From positions 60,001 to 92,000 of the forward strand of contig BAAFSQ010000008.1 of the NCBI GenBank assembly GCA_054661495.1: 32,000 nt of DNA, written 5' to 3'. Both the position numbers and the translations under genes were made by a program. This DNA is from Zygophlyctis sp. KS116 (Eukaryota > Fungi > Chytridiomycota). Shown here piece after piece: positions 12,187 through 24,122 of this stretch. Under the pieces are notes generated by a model. The model did not search any database, was not told the DNA's origin, and worked only from the letters and a program-made list of their open reading frames with translations. Positions within the stretch are counted from its first letter, which is position 1, and each line of letters opens with the position of its first letter.

Positions 12187-12805
12187 ATGTTACAATCTGC
12201 TATTATCTTGGGATACTTTCTTCAATATCTCTCTGCATACTCCATTTGCAATACTGCAGATGTCAAGTCTCCAGTGACTATTCCGATTATATTTAAACTT
12301 GATTCTCGTTACACTCCCGTTAAACTTTCAGGAAAGATTGTGATCAATGATGGCTGTACTGTAAGTTTAATGAGCCTAAGTATAGTTTTCTGTTTCTGAA
12401 CTTACCTACTATAATGCTGGTAGATCGCAATTTTATGGAGGCGTTGGAGACAGTGTTGCTGAAGGTATCACAGTTTCAGATGATGTCATCAATCCTGCTA
12501 CTACCGGCGGTTCTCAAACCTTTAAGTTGAGATCAGTTGCTGGAGCTCAAGTTTCTTTTAGAGATTTTACTCAGTTTCGAATTTTTGATACTGATAACAA
12601 GGTCCTTATTGGCGTTGCTAATGTTCCAAGTGATTTGTTAACTAGAGGATCAACTGGAACTGGAGCCACTGGGACAACTGTGACAACAGGATCTACGACT
12701 GCTACGGCTACGGGATCTCTGAATGCTAAATCATCATCTTATCAAGAAACTGGTTCAATGTTGAGCTTTGCTTTATTGTTCGCTTATGCATTCTTTCTGT
12801 TTTAA
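12187..12805 (+). CDS. Secreted, likely GPI-anchored DM13-like domain protein (paralog B)
   Basis: Signal peptide. GKIVINDGCT|FSVSELTY after intron 12361-12385, at the same position as in paralog A. Thr/Gly-rich stalk and hydrophobic tail. Confidence 0.7.
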
Positions 12806-12943
12806 CTCTTTTATGTTTTAACCGTCTTTTCTTTACTAAAACTGATGAAACTTTAAATCTTTATTTTGGGAGTTTAGTTTTGATGAGATTCAAAAAAAAA
12901 CACGTCCGATCGCGCGGCTGTATTCGGAAAAAAGAAAGGTAAG

Positions 12944-12950
12944 AAAAAAA
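12944..12950 (-). terminator. Pol III oligo-T terminator of tRNA-Ser
   Basis: T7 run on the minus strand 2 nt after the tRNA 3' end. Confidence 0.7.
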
Positions 12951-12952
12951 TA

Positions 12953-13034
12953 CGACACCTGTGAGATTTGAACTCACGCTCCCAAAGGGAAATGGCTTAG
13001 CAGGCCATCACGTTAACCACTCCGTCAAAGTGTC
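12953..13034 (-). tRNA. tRNA-Ser(GCT)
   Basis: Minus strand GACACTTTGACGGAGTGGTTAACGTG ATGGC-CTGCTAA-GCCAT, long variable arm TCCC-TTT-GGGA, T-arm GTGAG-TTCAAAT-CTCAC, acceptor stem ending AGGTGTC-G. Confidence 0.97.
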
Positions 13035-13176
13035 TTGATGACTCCAGAATTTTGCAACTCATTATATACCATTATTAATTTGACATGTTAATGAATCTGA
13101 CACTTAATTATTGGTTATTTTGAACACTTCAGCCAATGTAAAATAAAAATAACGACGTATTTTATAATTTTTTATA

Positions 13177-14059
13177 TTAATTTTGCGTATTCATTTCCAA
13201 GAGTTTGACTGATAAATCTTTAATAACTTGATTCTTCAATCCCAGTTGCTTTTTAAGATCGTCAATTTGATCTAGATATGAAATATTTGATATATGAAGA
13301 GCAGGTAATGATAATTCTTTAGAGTTATCTCGATCAAATCGCGTAGCTTGCATTAATATCAATGAATAATACCTCTCAGCTTTTGTTCCAGTTCATACAT
13401 CCTGGCAGAATATTCTGATCTTTGTTGGTTCATTTTAAGTTTAAGTAATTGAATCTGTTGTTCAGATGTTCGATTTAAATTCAGATTTTGTTGCGTTAAT
13501 TCCTCAACTTGCTTCTCGAGCGCAGATATATCAGGCGCCTCACCAATCAGAGTTTTTTGAGAAGATAATCTGTTATCCATCTCACTCTTTCTTAAATTTA
13601 ACATATCCTGTCTTAATACAGCATGCGATTCCTGTAATTCTTCATGATTTTTGGTTAAAAGTTGCAATCGTTTCCGTGTTTCTTTCAGTTCACTTTTTAA
13701 AATCTATCCATTTAATAAAAATCTATCCATACATTTTCATCATCTTTGTTGGCTCTTTCATTATCCAGATTAAGCTGAAGATCTGCCTCTAGTGCGTTTT
13801 GGAAGTCATCTTCATCATCGTCATTCACATGGCTAGTCCAATTTGGCGTATCATTTGATGATGGATTTTGCTGGACTCTTGGGATTATTGCCGGCAATGC
13901 TGCTTGATTAGATAGCGCAATTCTTAAAGGAGGAAGGACTTCTGTAGCCTTATTTGGTGCTACTTCTAATTCACCAGTCTTCAATTCTTCCAAGACTGCC
14001 GGTATTTCAGGCAAAACTTTGGTTGATGTTTTCCTTCCTTTGGATATTGATGATCCCAT
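13177..14059 (-). CDS. Uncharacterised coiled-coil protein with possible N-myristoylation (MGSSISK)
   Basis: ATG at 14059. Introns 13704-13732 and 13347-13372 join three ORF pieces in frame. Confidence 0.7.
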
Positions 14060-14172
14060 AATGAAAATATATTTGTGTCCGAAAACGATTTTGATCAATG
14101 ATGTTCGGAAAGAATCTCTAAAAACAAATGTATTAGTGCAAACTGAAAACGATTTTATATTTAACAGAGTCA

Positions 14173-15450
14173 TCAGTCCCGAACAAGTGTCATGACACTA
14201 TCATCATCTGGATGTTCATCAAAAGATGACAAATTGACATTTATATGATCACCATCCATCAACATTGGAAAATTCACAGGAGTCACTTTTCCTTGGGGAC
14301 CAATGAGAATAAACTTGTACAAATTTGAAATATGAAAAGTTTCAATTGCAAGCTGTTCTAAATCCTAAAAGTTTAAAAAATAAATTTTACCTTGAACAAA
14401 GAAGGTATTCCAACAGTCGCCATATCAGAATCACTTGATTCCGGATGAACTTTTCGTAGAGTTATATAACCATCGTTATTATTTAAGCCTTCTACAGAGA
14501 CGTCTGCATCAGTTAAATTGTCAACAAGGTCATTTAAATCTCCTGAAATTCCAAAATCTGCAGCTAATTGTTTCATTGCATCAATTGGATACTGATCCTC
14601 TTTTTCACGTTTTCTACGAGCTGGACGTACAGTCCCAAATGAAGGTGAGTCTCTGCTAGGTCCATGTGAGCGTAATCTTAGTTTAGAAGGATCTAATAGC
14701 TTGTCAGAAATTTTGACGTTTGGAAATATGACACTAGGAGTAGCCAAACTTCCTTTGGACACATCATCTTCATAATAGTAATTTATCTAATTAATTAAAA
14801 AAATATTTTTCATACCACATGCCAAGTGTTATCATCTACAATAATAGCAAATGTTTTCTTTAAAAGCCCGTCGTCTTTAATCATTGAAGCCAAATCTTTT
14901 CAATTTAAAAGATAGAAAACATACCAGCATCCATTTGTTTTTTTGAAAGTGACCTCTTTTCTACAACTTCTTTGTAAACTAAAAAATGCCCATGTACTCT
15001 TGATTTTGACCACGCCAACCCATCAGTCCATCGCCTCATTGGTTGGAGATCCTTATCCTTTTTCAAAGCTGTTGAAAGCCCATCAGAGTTTTTGGTCTTT
15101 GAATGTGATTCTATAAATGCAAATATTGATCCTGAACGGATTGCCTGCCTTTCAAAGAGAGTTAGCCGCCTACTAACCAGAGATAATTTATCTTCCAAGC
15201 ACTGCTGTATGATTATAAGCGGATCTATCAGGTCTCCTAGATATCCATAGGCTGTCTCTGCATGAATAGGACCATGTGAACCAACAGAAGCAGAGTGTAC
15301 AGTATCTGTAGGTGATTGTGGAACAGATATAATAGCTGAGGAGTGATCAGAATGGCTATTGCTCAAATAATCATTTGGAACGGATGGTTGTCCGATTGGA
15401 CTTCCTTGAGCCATATTTAAAAAGTTTAAATTCTGAGAAGATTCTTGCAT
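14173..15450 (-). CDS. Gti1/Pac2 (WOPR; Wor1/Mit1/Ryp1 family) transcription factor with extra C-terminal domain
   Basis: ETAYGYL, ERQAIRSGSIFAF, MRRWTDGLAWSKSRVHGHFLVYKE, GLLRKTF...WHV|INYY. Introns 14896-14924, 14787-14815 and 14365-14390. Start is 15450 or 15414. Confidence 0.9.
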
Positions 15451-15475
15451 CGTCAAAAAGTTTAAATTTTTCGCC

Positions 15476-17405
15476 TCAGAAAGCCCTACGCCTAGATGCA
15501 GAATGGATTTCATGCCGACGCTTCCGCACTAAATCAACTTGATCAACCCGGTCAAGAGAGGGCCATTCTGACCCTTGGTTAAATAATTCTTTCATCCATT
15601 CGGCAGAGAGTTTAGTAGCCTCTACTGCCATAGGAAGAATTCCAGACATGAGGAGAAATCCATGGGATATTCCTTCCAGAATTTTGACTCTTACTCCCCG
15701 AGCTTTCTTTCCATTCTTCTTGAGAGCTGTACGTAGACGAGATGAAAATATCATGGTATCATCAACAAAGGGATCTTTTTCACCAGTGAGAAAGAATGTC
15801 GGGGGAAATTCACGTAATAGCTCTTCTGGAGTTAAAACTGGAGAAAGGAAATAGTCTGAATCAAATCGTAAATGAAGAGGAGAAGAACCAAGATACAAGA
15901 CCAACATGGCTCGCATTACTATAAAATTATGAAACTTTGATACCTTCAGGTTGAAGAATTCGATCATTGAAATAGCTCATTCGGCTAGTCATACTTAATT
16001 CAGTTGGTATTTCCTTTGAGGCATTTCTATCCATACCAAACGAATGCCTTCGACGTTTTTCTTTCAAAAATAGATTTATCAACTTGAGATACCAAGAATC
16101 AGATCTATCAACTTCATCTTTTAAAACGTAAATTTCTCGAGGTGATTCAGCAACTGAATTTTAATATAAATTAGGTATTACCAGCTAGAGGAGAAGTCAG
16201 GGAAATCCTTGAACGTGAATGTGCGATTGCTGAAAGTGGTTTTTCAGTATTTGTATTGAGAATCGCATGTTCTTCTGGTGTCATCCTATAGTTGAGTAAT
16301 TCAAAAATACCAGCAAGCCATATCTAATGATAAACAAGGATATAAAAATAGATTTCCACAAGGAAGAGGAATGTTGAATTCTTCAGAAAGTAAACACTTG
16401 TTAATTACACCAATAGCTATATTTGCACCTCTTTTAGTTAAATTTTTTGAACTCTTACGCAGAATCTCCAGCAAAAATAATTTTAATTGGATCTCTCTTT
16501 GGACCAAGTTGTTTTCCATATGCATCCTTGAAATACCATCCAGTGAGACCTAAGACCTCTCCATTTGATTCAACAATAGATCTATATGCATCAAATACTT
16601 CTTCAATAGCCCATGGATATGGGTGTTCCGGAGCTTTACCATAATTGATTGATACAATTGGAATTCTACTTAGGGATCTTGCCCATCCTGAAGTATAATC
16701 ATCATGTGCCTCTGGGGGCATTGTCACAAATCCACCTCCTGGTACTTGGAAAACTAATTTATCAACTGTACGACATTGAATCATTGGCACAGAACAGTAT
16801 AACCGTGCAGCAATTTTTCCCTTTGGAACATTTGGGAAAGAAGTTGGAGATTCTATTTCTGGTCGAGGAATAAAAATATTATCCCTTACAGCCAAATATC
16901 CCCTATCAAAATAAGTCACTAGTCTAATATAAGGATTCAGAGTTTTCTCCCAAGAAATTCGTAACATGTCAATTGTAGTACATGCTCGGTATTTCCTAAC
17001 TTTTTCATCGGCAGCCTCTGAATCAAATAAGTAAAGGAAAGAAAACACCAAAGATAGAATATCTCTGAGCCACTTTGGCCTAATATTCATGGCCGTTAAA
17101 AAACCAGCGTCCAATGAGGTTAAAATCCAAGTTACTCTATAAAAACTGTGAGTATACATTCTTGCAAGTGGTTCGGGTGCATTTAAAAATGTTAAAAGGA
17201 AAAAGTTCCTGCATACATAAGTGACCAATAGAGTTGTTGTTATGATCTTCCATGGGGGAAATTTAGACAAGAATGTATTTAGTCTTGATAGCCTTTGCAA
17301 TGGAATTTTATCTAATTTAAGTGCTTGTGTTCCTGCCAAGATCGTCAATAGAATCTGTATTCTCTGCCATCCAGGTGACGGTCTGCCAGCCAGGTGATCC
17401 AACAT
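15476..17405 (-). CDS. Hormone-sensitive-lipase family alpha/beta hydrolase
   Basis: PGGGF oxyanion motif, GDSA|G nucleophile split by intron 16431-16458, GEKDPFVDD, GISHGF. Further introns 16286-16310, 16154-16181 and 15919-15943. Confidence 0.9.
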
Positions 17406-17439
17406 TCAAACTCAAACCCTCAAACGGCAATCTGAAATT

Positions 17440-20138
17440 CTATATTATTGTTCCTAGACTCGCACCAACTTGAATAATCGTCTCCATGCATTTTTCACTA
17501 TTGTCTAATAGGTCCTTGTCAAAGGAAATACGACCATTCTGGAATAATAAAAGAATTGTTGATCCCCCAAAAGCAAAATAACCGTGTTCATCCATCCTAT
17601 CATTAATATATTACACTCACCTTTTAATTTGACCATTTGACTTGGTTAATACAATACTTCCCACAAACATGGCTCCTACAGCAACGAGTACAACTTTTCC
17701 AAACTGATCAGAGTTTATAACAGTTACAGTTCGTAAATTCTCAGTATATACATCAACAGAAGTTCTCACAACCATTGAATTCACTGTGAAATAAGTTCCT
17801 TCGATTCTCCTAATACTTTCTACTGATCCATCGACTGGAAAGTGAAAGCGATGGTAATCTTGGTGTGAAAATGAATATTTTACCTTGAGGTGCTAGTCGG
17901 CATATGGCAATAGAACTTTCGTCAAATTCATCTGCTAACGACTCATCTTCAAGCAAATTAGGCAAATTGAAGCAAGAGCCTTTAATCCACAGATTTGTAC
18001 ATTTTGAAATTGAAGGAAATACAGTGATTCGACAGTCAGCAGGAGAAACAGCTATATTCTAGTGTCAATGAAAATGAAATTATACAGAATCATGAGGGCT
18101 CGACAATGTTCTTGCATCTTCTTTTAACTTTCTAAAAAAGAACTCATTAAAGTTATTGAAATTTTCAACTGGTTCAAGCACTAAATTTTAAAAAAAGGTT
18201 AATATATACCTTCTTCCATATTTAATTTATGATAATTGATAAATGTTTGAATGTATGATTTACTTTTAGGATCGTTAAATTTCATTCCCTGCTTTACTGT
18301 TAGACCTCTCAAGACTCGTTTTATGGCTTTAGTGTCGATAATCGTTCTTGATCCATAAAATTGGAAAAGTAAACGGATTCCAAGCCTGATATACATTGGA
18401 ATTTTTTCTTCAACTAGTTTTCCTGTCAATCTGTCATAACATTGAATCTGTCCTCCACTAATTCTTCCAGATGCTTTTTGAGTAACTCTATTAATTATTT
18501 TTGTAATCCATTTTTGAGAGGTGTACGTTTCTGCAAGAAATCCACCCAAAAGCAAGCTATCCAGTCTTGAATAATCTTCCAAAGAACAAACAGAAATATG
18601 TGAAATAATTTCCAAATCAAAACCTTCATCTAATGTTTTTGAACATAAAGGACAAAACTTAATTTGACATAGCCTTTCTGTAGTCTGACTGCTATATTGC
18701 TGATTTGTAACCGAAAAATCACCAGCACGAGTTTCAACAGTTTCCGAGTCACTATACATTTTCTTTTCTAATTTTTGATGAATTTGTTCAAAAGTCAATC
18801 TTGTCTCCAAAGCTGATGTATCTTCAGATGAAAAAATCATCTCGATACTTTCATCAGTAAACGTTGATCCAATAGAATCAAGCATTGTAGTAAATTCCAC
18901 TCTATTCAAAGCAAAAGATCCGTCACTAGGAATTAAAATACCTTTAATACCTATCAAATGCTCTAGATAATTTAATCCAAAAATTTCTTCGAACCGCTAC
19001 TAGTAAGCGATATAAATTTACCCTTGTATGATATAAAAGAACTTTGCATAATTAATGATCCTGGTGATAAATTCTACTTTTTTAAATAAAAATTAAATAC
19101 AGTTGATTCTGAACAAGAAATATCCAATTCACAAACCTCAAAATTACCTTTTTTTTTAAAATTAAAAAAAACCTTACTTATTTCATTCTCCATTAATGGT
19201 TTATTTTCACATTTATGAATCAAATCTTTTAATTGTATTTTTACAGTTGCCAATGGATCATGAGGCAAAAAACTAGAATTTTCAAATATTGCTATTGAAA
19301 TTTCAGAATTTCTTTCATACTCTAAATCCATGACAACCACATCTAAACCTTCCATTAAATCATCTTCAGAATATTGTAAAAACCGCGTCTTGTAAAAATT
19401 ATTCCTTGTAATTTTTAATTTTACAAGTTACCTTGAATACAAAAGCGCCAATAAATCATCTTTTGAATCTTTTAAATTTTGAAAAACTTGAATTAACCTT
19501 TTTAAACTTACATTTTATCCTTAAAATCCCTTTTAAAGACTTTAAATCACTTTTTACAAAATCATTTTCTGTAGAATCCACCTCTGGACTTGACACTACC
19601 TATTTTCAATTAAGAGTAAATTACTTGATTAGACTCTGCATGTTCTTCAATTTCTTCAATAACTAAAGACTCTACTAACTAGTTAAATTCTAGATAAAAA
19701 TACCAATTTTCCTAGAATTTTTCCCTGCCCACTTGTCATTAAAAGTGTGAAACAATTTCTGAAACTCCCTTGATGGCTCTTCCAAGAACCCCAATCTTAA
19801 TTTAATCGCCCAAGATTGCCCCAGAGTTGAATAATACTTTGGCCTTGACTCTGAGAATATAGAATTTGCAATTTCTAGCAATTGAAAAACAGGAAATTCA
19901 ATTTCACCAATGAGTTCTGATCTAAATATTCCTTTAGAGTATAATCTGAATAATAAAACTGAATCTAGTACACTTGGAGCAATTAAAAAGTTGAATTCTG
20001 ATTTTTTCCTCAACTTTCCCTTGAATCTCTGATCTCCTAATTTGCAAGTAAAATATACATTCTTGTCTGGAATATCTCTTCCTGAAATCACTAATTTTAG
20101 ACTATAAAAATACCATGAATTCTAAACAAGGAATTCAT
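17440..20138 (-). CDS. PSD2: Phosphatidylserine decarboxylase 2 (C2 domains, EF-hand)
   Basis: FNEFFFRKLK, SPADCR, RLAPQ|DYHRFH, FAFGGST autocleavage site. 13 introns: 20091-20113, 19675-19703, 19600-19624, 19487-19511, 19405-19431, 19148-19177, 19074-19100, 18997-19021, 18926-18950, 18181-18209, 18059-18085, 17859-17883, 17597-17620. The 5' exons are less certain. Confidence 0.9.
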
Positions 20139-20193
20139 TAAACACTTCCTGCGCCAAGAGTTTTTTAGATTTGACTAATAAATTTTACTTGAA

Positions 20194-20559
20194 ATGGGAA
20201 CAGTCAGAGCTAGAAAGAGAAATCGTCATAGAGATATCAAGAGATCTTGTAAAACAAAGGCATTTAGAAAGGATTTGGATCAAATCGCTCTAAATATTTT
20301 AAATCCGCCAGTCATTGAATTAGATCCTGATCTTCCTGGACTGGGACAATTCTTATGCATTCATTGTGATGTATTCTATGCAACTCAAAAAGACTTGAAT
20401 ACTCATACTAGTTCAAAGGTTCATAAGAGGAGACTCAAGGCTTTGAAAAATCCTTATACTCTGGAAGAGTCTATGGCCGCTGGGGGATTGGGAGTGGATA
20501 ATGGGATAAAGTCATGGAGTGGAAGTGATTTTTATAAGGCTGTTTCTTCTGCAACTTGA
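20194..20559 (+). CDS. BUD20: Bud20/ZNF593 C2H2 zinc-finger ribosome biogenesis factor
   Basis: KDLDQI, DPDLPGLGQFLCIHCD...H..SKVHKRRLKALKNPYTLEES. Confidence 0.93.
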   Translation: MGTVRARKRNRHRDIKRSCKTKAFRKDLDQIALNILNPPVIELDPDLPGLGQFLCIHCDVFYATQKDLNTHTSSKVHKRRLKALKNPYTLEESMAAGGLGVDNGIKSWSGSDFYKAVSSAT

Positions 20560-20696
20560 TCTGTCTTATCACCAGTCTGATGATCTCTTTAAAGATCTCT
20601 TTAAAAAGATTTATTCTAGGATAAAGATCTAATCTAGGATAGTAGTATAGTTGGGTTTAAAAATAAATCATTTTCTAAGAATAGGCTAGACAAATT

Positions 20697-22143
20697 ATGA
20701 GAATCTTTGCACTGGTATTACTGAGAATAGTCTCTAGTGTAATAGTTACTACAGATCTGTATAGTACTTGTAAGGGAGTGTATGGGCCAGTCATGACTAG
20801 TAATAAGAATGGGAATATTAAAGTTGATTTGACAAATACAGCGCAGATTATTATTTATAATATTCTAGATTCTGATAAGTTGCCAAAGGATCAATTGGGA
20901 GAGTGGAATGTTTGTAATGATGAAAAGATCAAGGAGAAACAGTGCTCTCAAGAAAATAGAGGAACTGTTGTTTTGTCAAACTTAAATTCTGATTATCCAA
21001 TTGGGAATTATATTAGGAATATTACTCATGCAGAACCAATATTATATACTGTTGGAGCTACTGGAATGTATTGTGTAGATTATATCTCTCCAGAAATTCG
21101 TAGTCTAGTGATAACGATTGAATTTAATAACTCTTATGGAAATCTTCCAGGGTCTTTATATGCTACAATTCCATTTTTTACTACAATGACTGTAATTTAT
21201 GCTCTTTTATGTTTGGCATGGTTTTATGGTTCATATAAAAATTCTAAAGAGTTGTTACCAATTCAGAAATTTATAAGTTATACTCTAGGATTTTTAGTGG
21301 TGGAATATTTTATGAATTTACAGCTATTTCAGGACTATAATAGGACTGGGGAGTTGAGTAAAAGTTTATTATATATTTCTACAATTTTAAGTGCTGGAAG
21401 AAATTCAATTTCTTGGTTTATGCTTTTAATTGTATCTTTAGGATATGGGATTTGGAGGCCATCATTAGGGAAAGCAATGTATTTTTGTATTGCTTTAGCA
21501 TTGACGAATTTTGTTGCTGGTTGTGCTTATAGTATTTTTGGTCTTGGAGGTCCTGATGTTGATGAATATGCATTATTGATAACTTTACCTCTGTCATTGA
21601 CTATATCTTTATTTTATTCATTTTCACTTAATGCACTTCAAATTACAATCAAGACTCTGTCAAATGCAAAACAAAAGGTTAAGCTGGAAATGTATAGATC
21701 AATTACAAAGATTTTAGGATTTTCTATATTTATGGCTATGGGAGTAATTGTTTTGAATGCAGTAATTTTAAATTTAATTTATTTATTAGGTATATTTGGC
21801 TAAAAGAAACGAACCAAGTATCTTACCATACTTGTGGAAATGGAGATGGATGATGCTTGATGGATTATTTCATATAGTGTATTTTGTAGTATTCTCTGGA
21901 ATAGCTTTACTATTCATGCCTACCTCAAATAATCAAAGATATGGAATGACTGAAATGATGCAAGATGATGTTGATGACGTGGAGCAGTTTGGTCTCGAGG
22001 TAGTTCATGGATTGGACGATTCGGATGATGATGAAGATGTTATAAAATGGGTGCAAGAAAATGTATTACTTAGTGATAAAGAAATGGAAAAGATGGAGGA
22101 TGAGGAAACTGCGACAGAGTTTGAAATTAGGCAGCTAGTGTGA
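20697..22143 (+). CDS. PTM1: GOST/LUSTR seven-TM protein (Ptm1/TMEM87-like)
   Basis: Signal peptide, luminal domain (GMYCV, FNNSYGNLPG), ELLPIQKFI, LLIVSLGYGI, KQKVKLEMY, PTSNNQRY. Intron 21762-21789. Confidence 0.88.
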
Positions 22144-22545
22144 TTTAGCAAGTTTAACGTCCCGAAAGATATTTTTAAGATCTCATAAAACTATGACTGG
22201 TCAATTATCATTGAGTTTCTTTTGAATCCATACCATGACTTCTTGTATGGAGAGGCGTACATTCCATGATGAACTTCAAAGATAGAATCATAGTTATACT
22301 TAATATTGGATCATTGTTCGATATCCAGTGGATCTGTTTGCTTGATTTTACCCAGATCTTCAAACATGATTATTGTTTATGTCATCAATCGGGATAATAC
22401 ATTGTTCTAATTGATCAGAATTGGAATATGTTGAAGAACAGAGCTACGTCACTCAAGAAACGTCATCTGAATGATGTATCGGAAGATTCATCGTTAGAAA
22501 ATAGATTATAACTCTTTGACCACTTTATTTCAACAGAATATATTG

Positions 22546-23952
22546 ATGTCTCGATCGATAAAGCGATGGATAAGGAACCTTTTGATTTTATTAATAATTT
22601 TCACTTTTACATCCTTTCTCATTGCATCTCTGATTGTAGAAAATGGTAAGCAAAATGCTAATGCCGCAACAATATCTCCATTATCCCGTACAAATTTACT
22701 AAACAGATCTTCGGATGAATGGCTTCCGATTAAAGTCAATCATTGTTTAAAAGGAATGCATTTTCTCTCTGCGCCATGCGTAAAAGATCGACATCCTAAT
22801 TCAAATTTGGTAGTTGCGGAGGAGTTGATATACTGTGCCTTTCGCATTAAAGTACCAGAATTCGTAAATCAGTATCAAAAGAACCAATGGATAGTGAATA
22901 TGAGAGAATTAGAACGAATGAAGATTAGTAAAAATCAAGAATGGGCAAATTATCCTAGCGTTCATGGACAGAACTTGATTTTTGAAAATGCGATTTATAG
23001 AGGATCACCACCTGCAGATAGTTGGTCTGATCAAGCATGCATGGGAGTAGCAGCATCAGCGCTTGATTTTTTTAAAAAAACCATTCCAGAGAACATGACA
23101 GAGTTAATTGAAAACGCTGTCAATCATTTGGTGATTGCAACGACACCTGACTCTTGGAGTTTTCAGCATTTCTTGGACAGAGTGACTATCGTTTGGAGTC
23201 AAGCTTTACTATCTATTGCTGAAAATGATCGACATAATGTGACCGTTCTGTCAGGATCTCCTCCAACAGATTCAATCGTCTACCCCATTTATAATCGCAT
23301 GGGCGTCAGAAAACATTTGCACAATGTAGAATCTATCACTGCTAAATACATTCATTTTTCATGCAAAGCTCCATTAGTTCACCCTTTTACTACTCAAAGA
23401 TTGAATGATTTAATGGCTATTAATCAGAGATTTACTGACGACAATATCAAAGATTCTAAAAGGAACACTATAATGATGATGCCAAGAGGAACCGAGAATG
23501 AGCATAATGGTGGAAGGTCTATACTTAATCAAACACAGCTTAATGATGCCATCATTCAATTAATTCATCAGAGAAAAAAGAATGAAACTTTCCTCATTTT
23601 TAATGCCGAAAACTATAATTCACTTGACGAGATACTCAATATCATGTCTGGAGTCAAAGCTATTATATCTCCTCATGGAGCAGGATTATACAATGCACGT
23701 TTTGCACATATTGATACTTTAGTTTTAGAGGTGATGCCAATCTCTGAAGGTAAAATTAATAGACCTCCAGTGTTTTGGGAACAATCAAGACTATTAGAGC
23801 AAAAATATGCCATATACCTAGCTGAAGCTGTTAATTCAAATGAAGACATGAAGATTACTGATATTGATGAGTTTATCAAATTTTTGAATGATCAGTTGGA
23901 TGACCCAAAGTCAATAGTATTGGAAAAGTCTTATGACTATGTGGCAGAATAA
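22546..23952 (+). CDS. Type II membrane glycosyltransferase, GT61/DUF563-like; intronless
   Basis: N-terminal TM anchor, FQHFLDR, R...GRSILNQTQL, AIISPHGAGLYNARF...VLEVMP. First ATG at 22546. Confidence 0.75.
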   Translation: MSRSIKRWIRNLLILLIIFTFTSFLIASLIVENGKQNANAATISPLSRTNLLNRSSDEWLPIKVNHCLKGMHFLSAPCVKDRHPNSNLVVAEELIYCAFRIKVPEFVNQYQKNQWIVNMRELERMKISKNQEWANYPSVHGQNLIFENAIYRGSPPADSWSDQACMGVAASALDFFKKTIPENMTELIENAVNHLVIATTPDSWSFQHFLDRVTIVWSQALLSIAENDRHNVTVLSGSPPTDSIVYPIYNRMGVRKHLHNVESITAKYIHFSCKAPLVHPFTTQRLNDLMAINQRFTDDNIKDSKRNTIMMMPRGTENEHNGGRSILNQTQLNDAIIQLIHQRKKNETFLIFNAENYNSLDEILNIMSGVKAIISPHGAGLYNARFAHIDTLVLEVMPISEGKINRPPVFWEQSRLLEQKYAIYLAEAVNSNEDMKITDIDEFIKFLNDQLDDPKSIVLEKSYDYVAE

Positions 23953-24122
23953 CTCTGGTAAAAAGGATTATTCTCAAAAGATATTTATTTTAGATTCGTA
24001 ATACTAACTAATTAAAAAAATCATTCAAGTTAAATCTAGATATTGAGTAGCGTTTCATGCAACAAATCATGTGCGGCAGTTTGTTTAATTTTGCCAGTGG
24101 CGTAAAGTTTGGATAAATAAAT

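Noticed and set aside
15419-15468. Two AAAAAGTTTAAATT copies near the WOPR start as autoregulatory sites
   Set aside because: They only partly match the Wor1-type TTAAAGTTT motif, are low-complexity in an AT-rich genome, and one may be coding.
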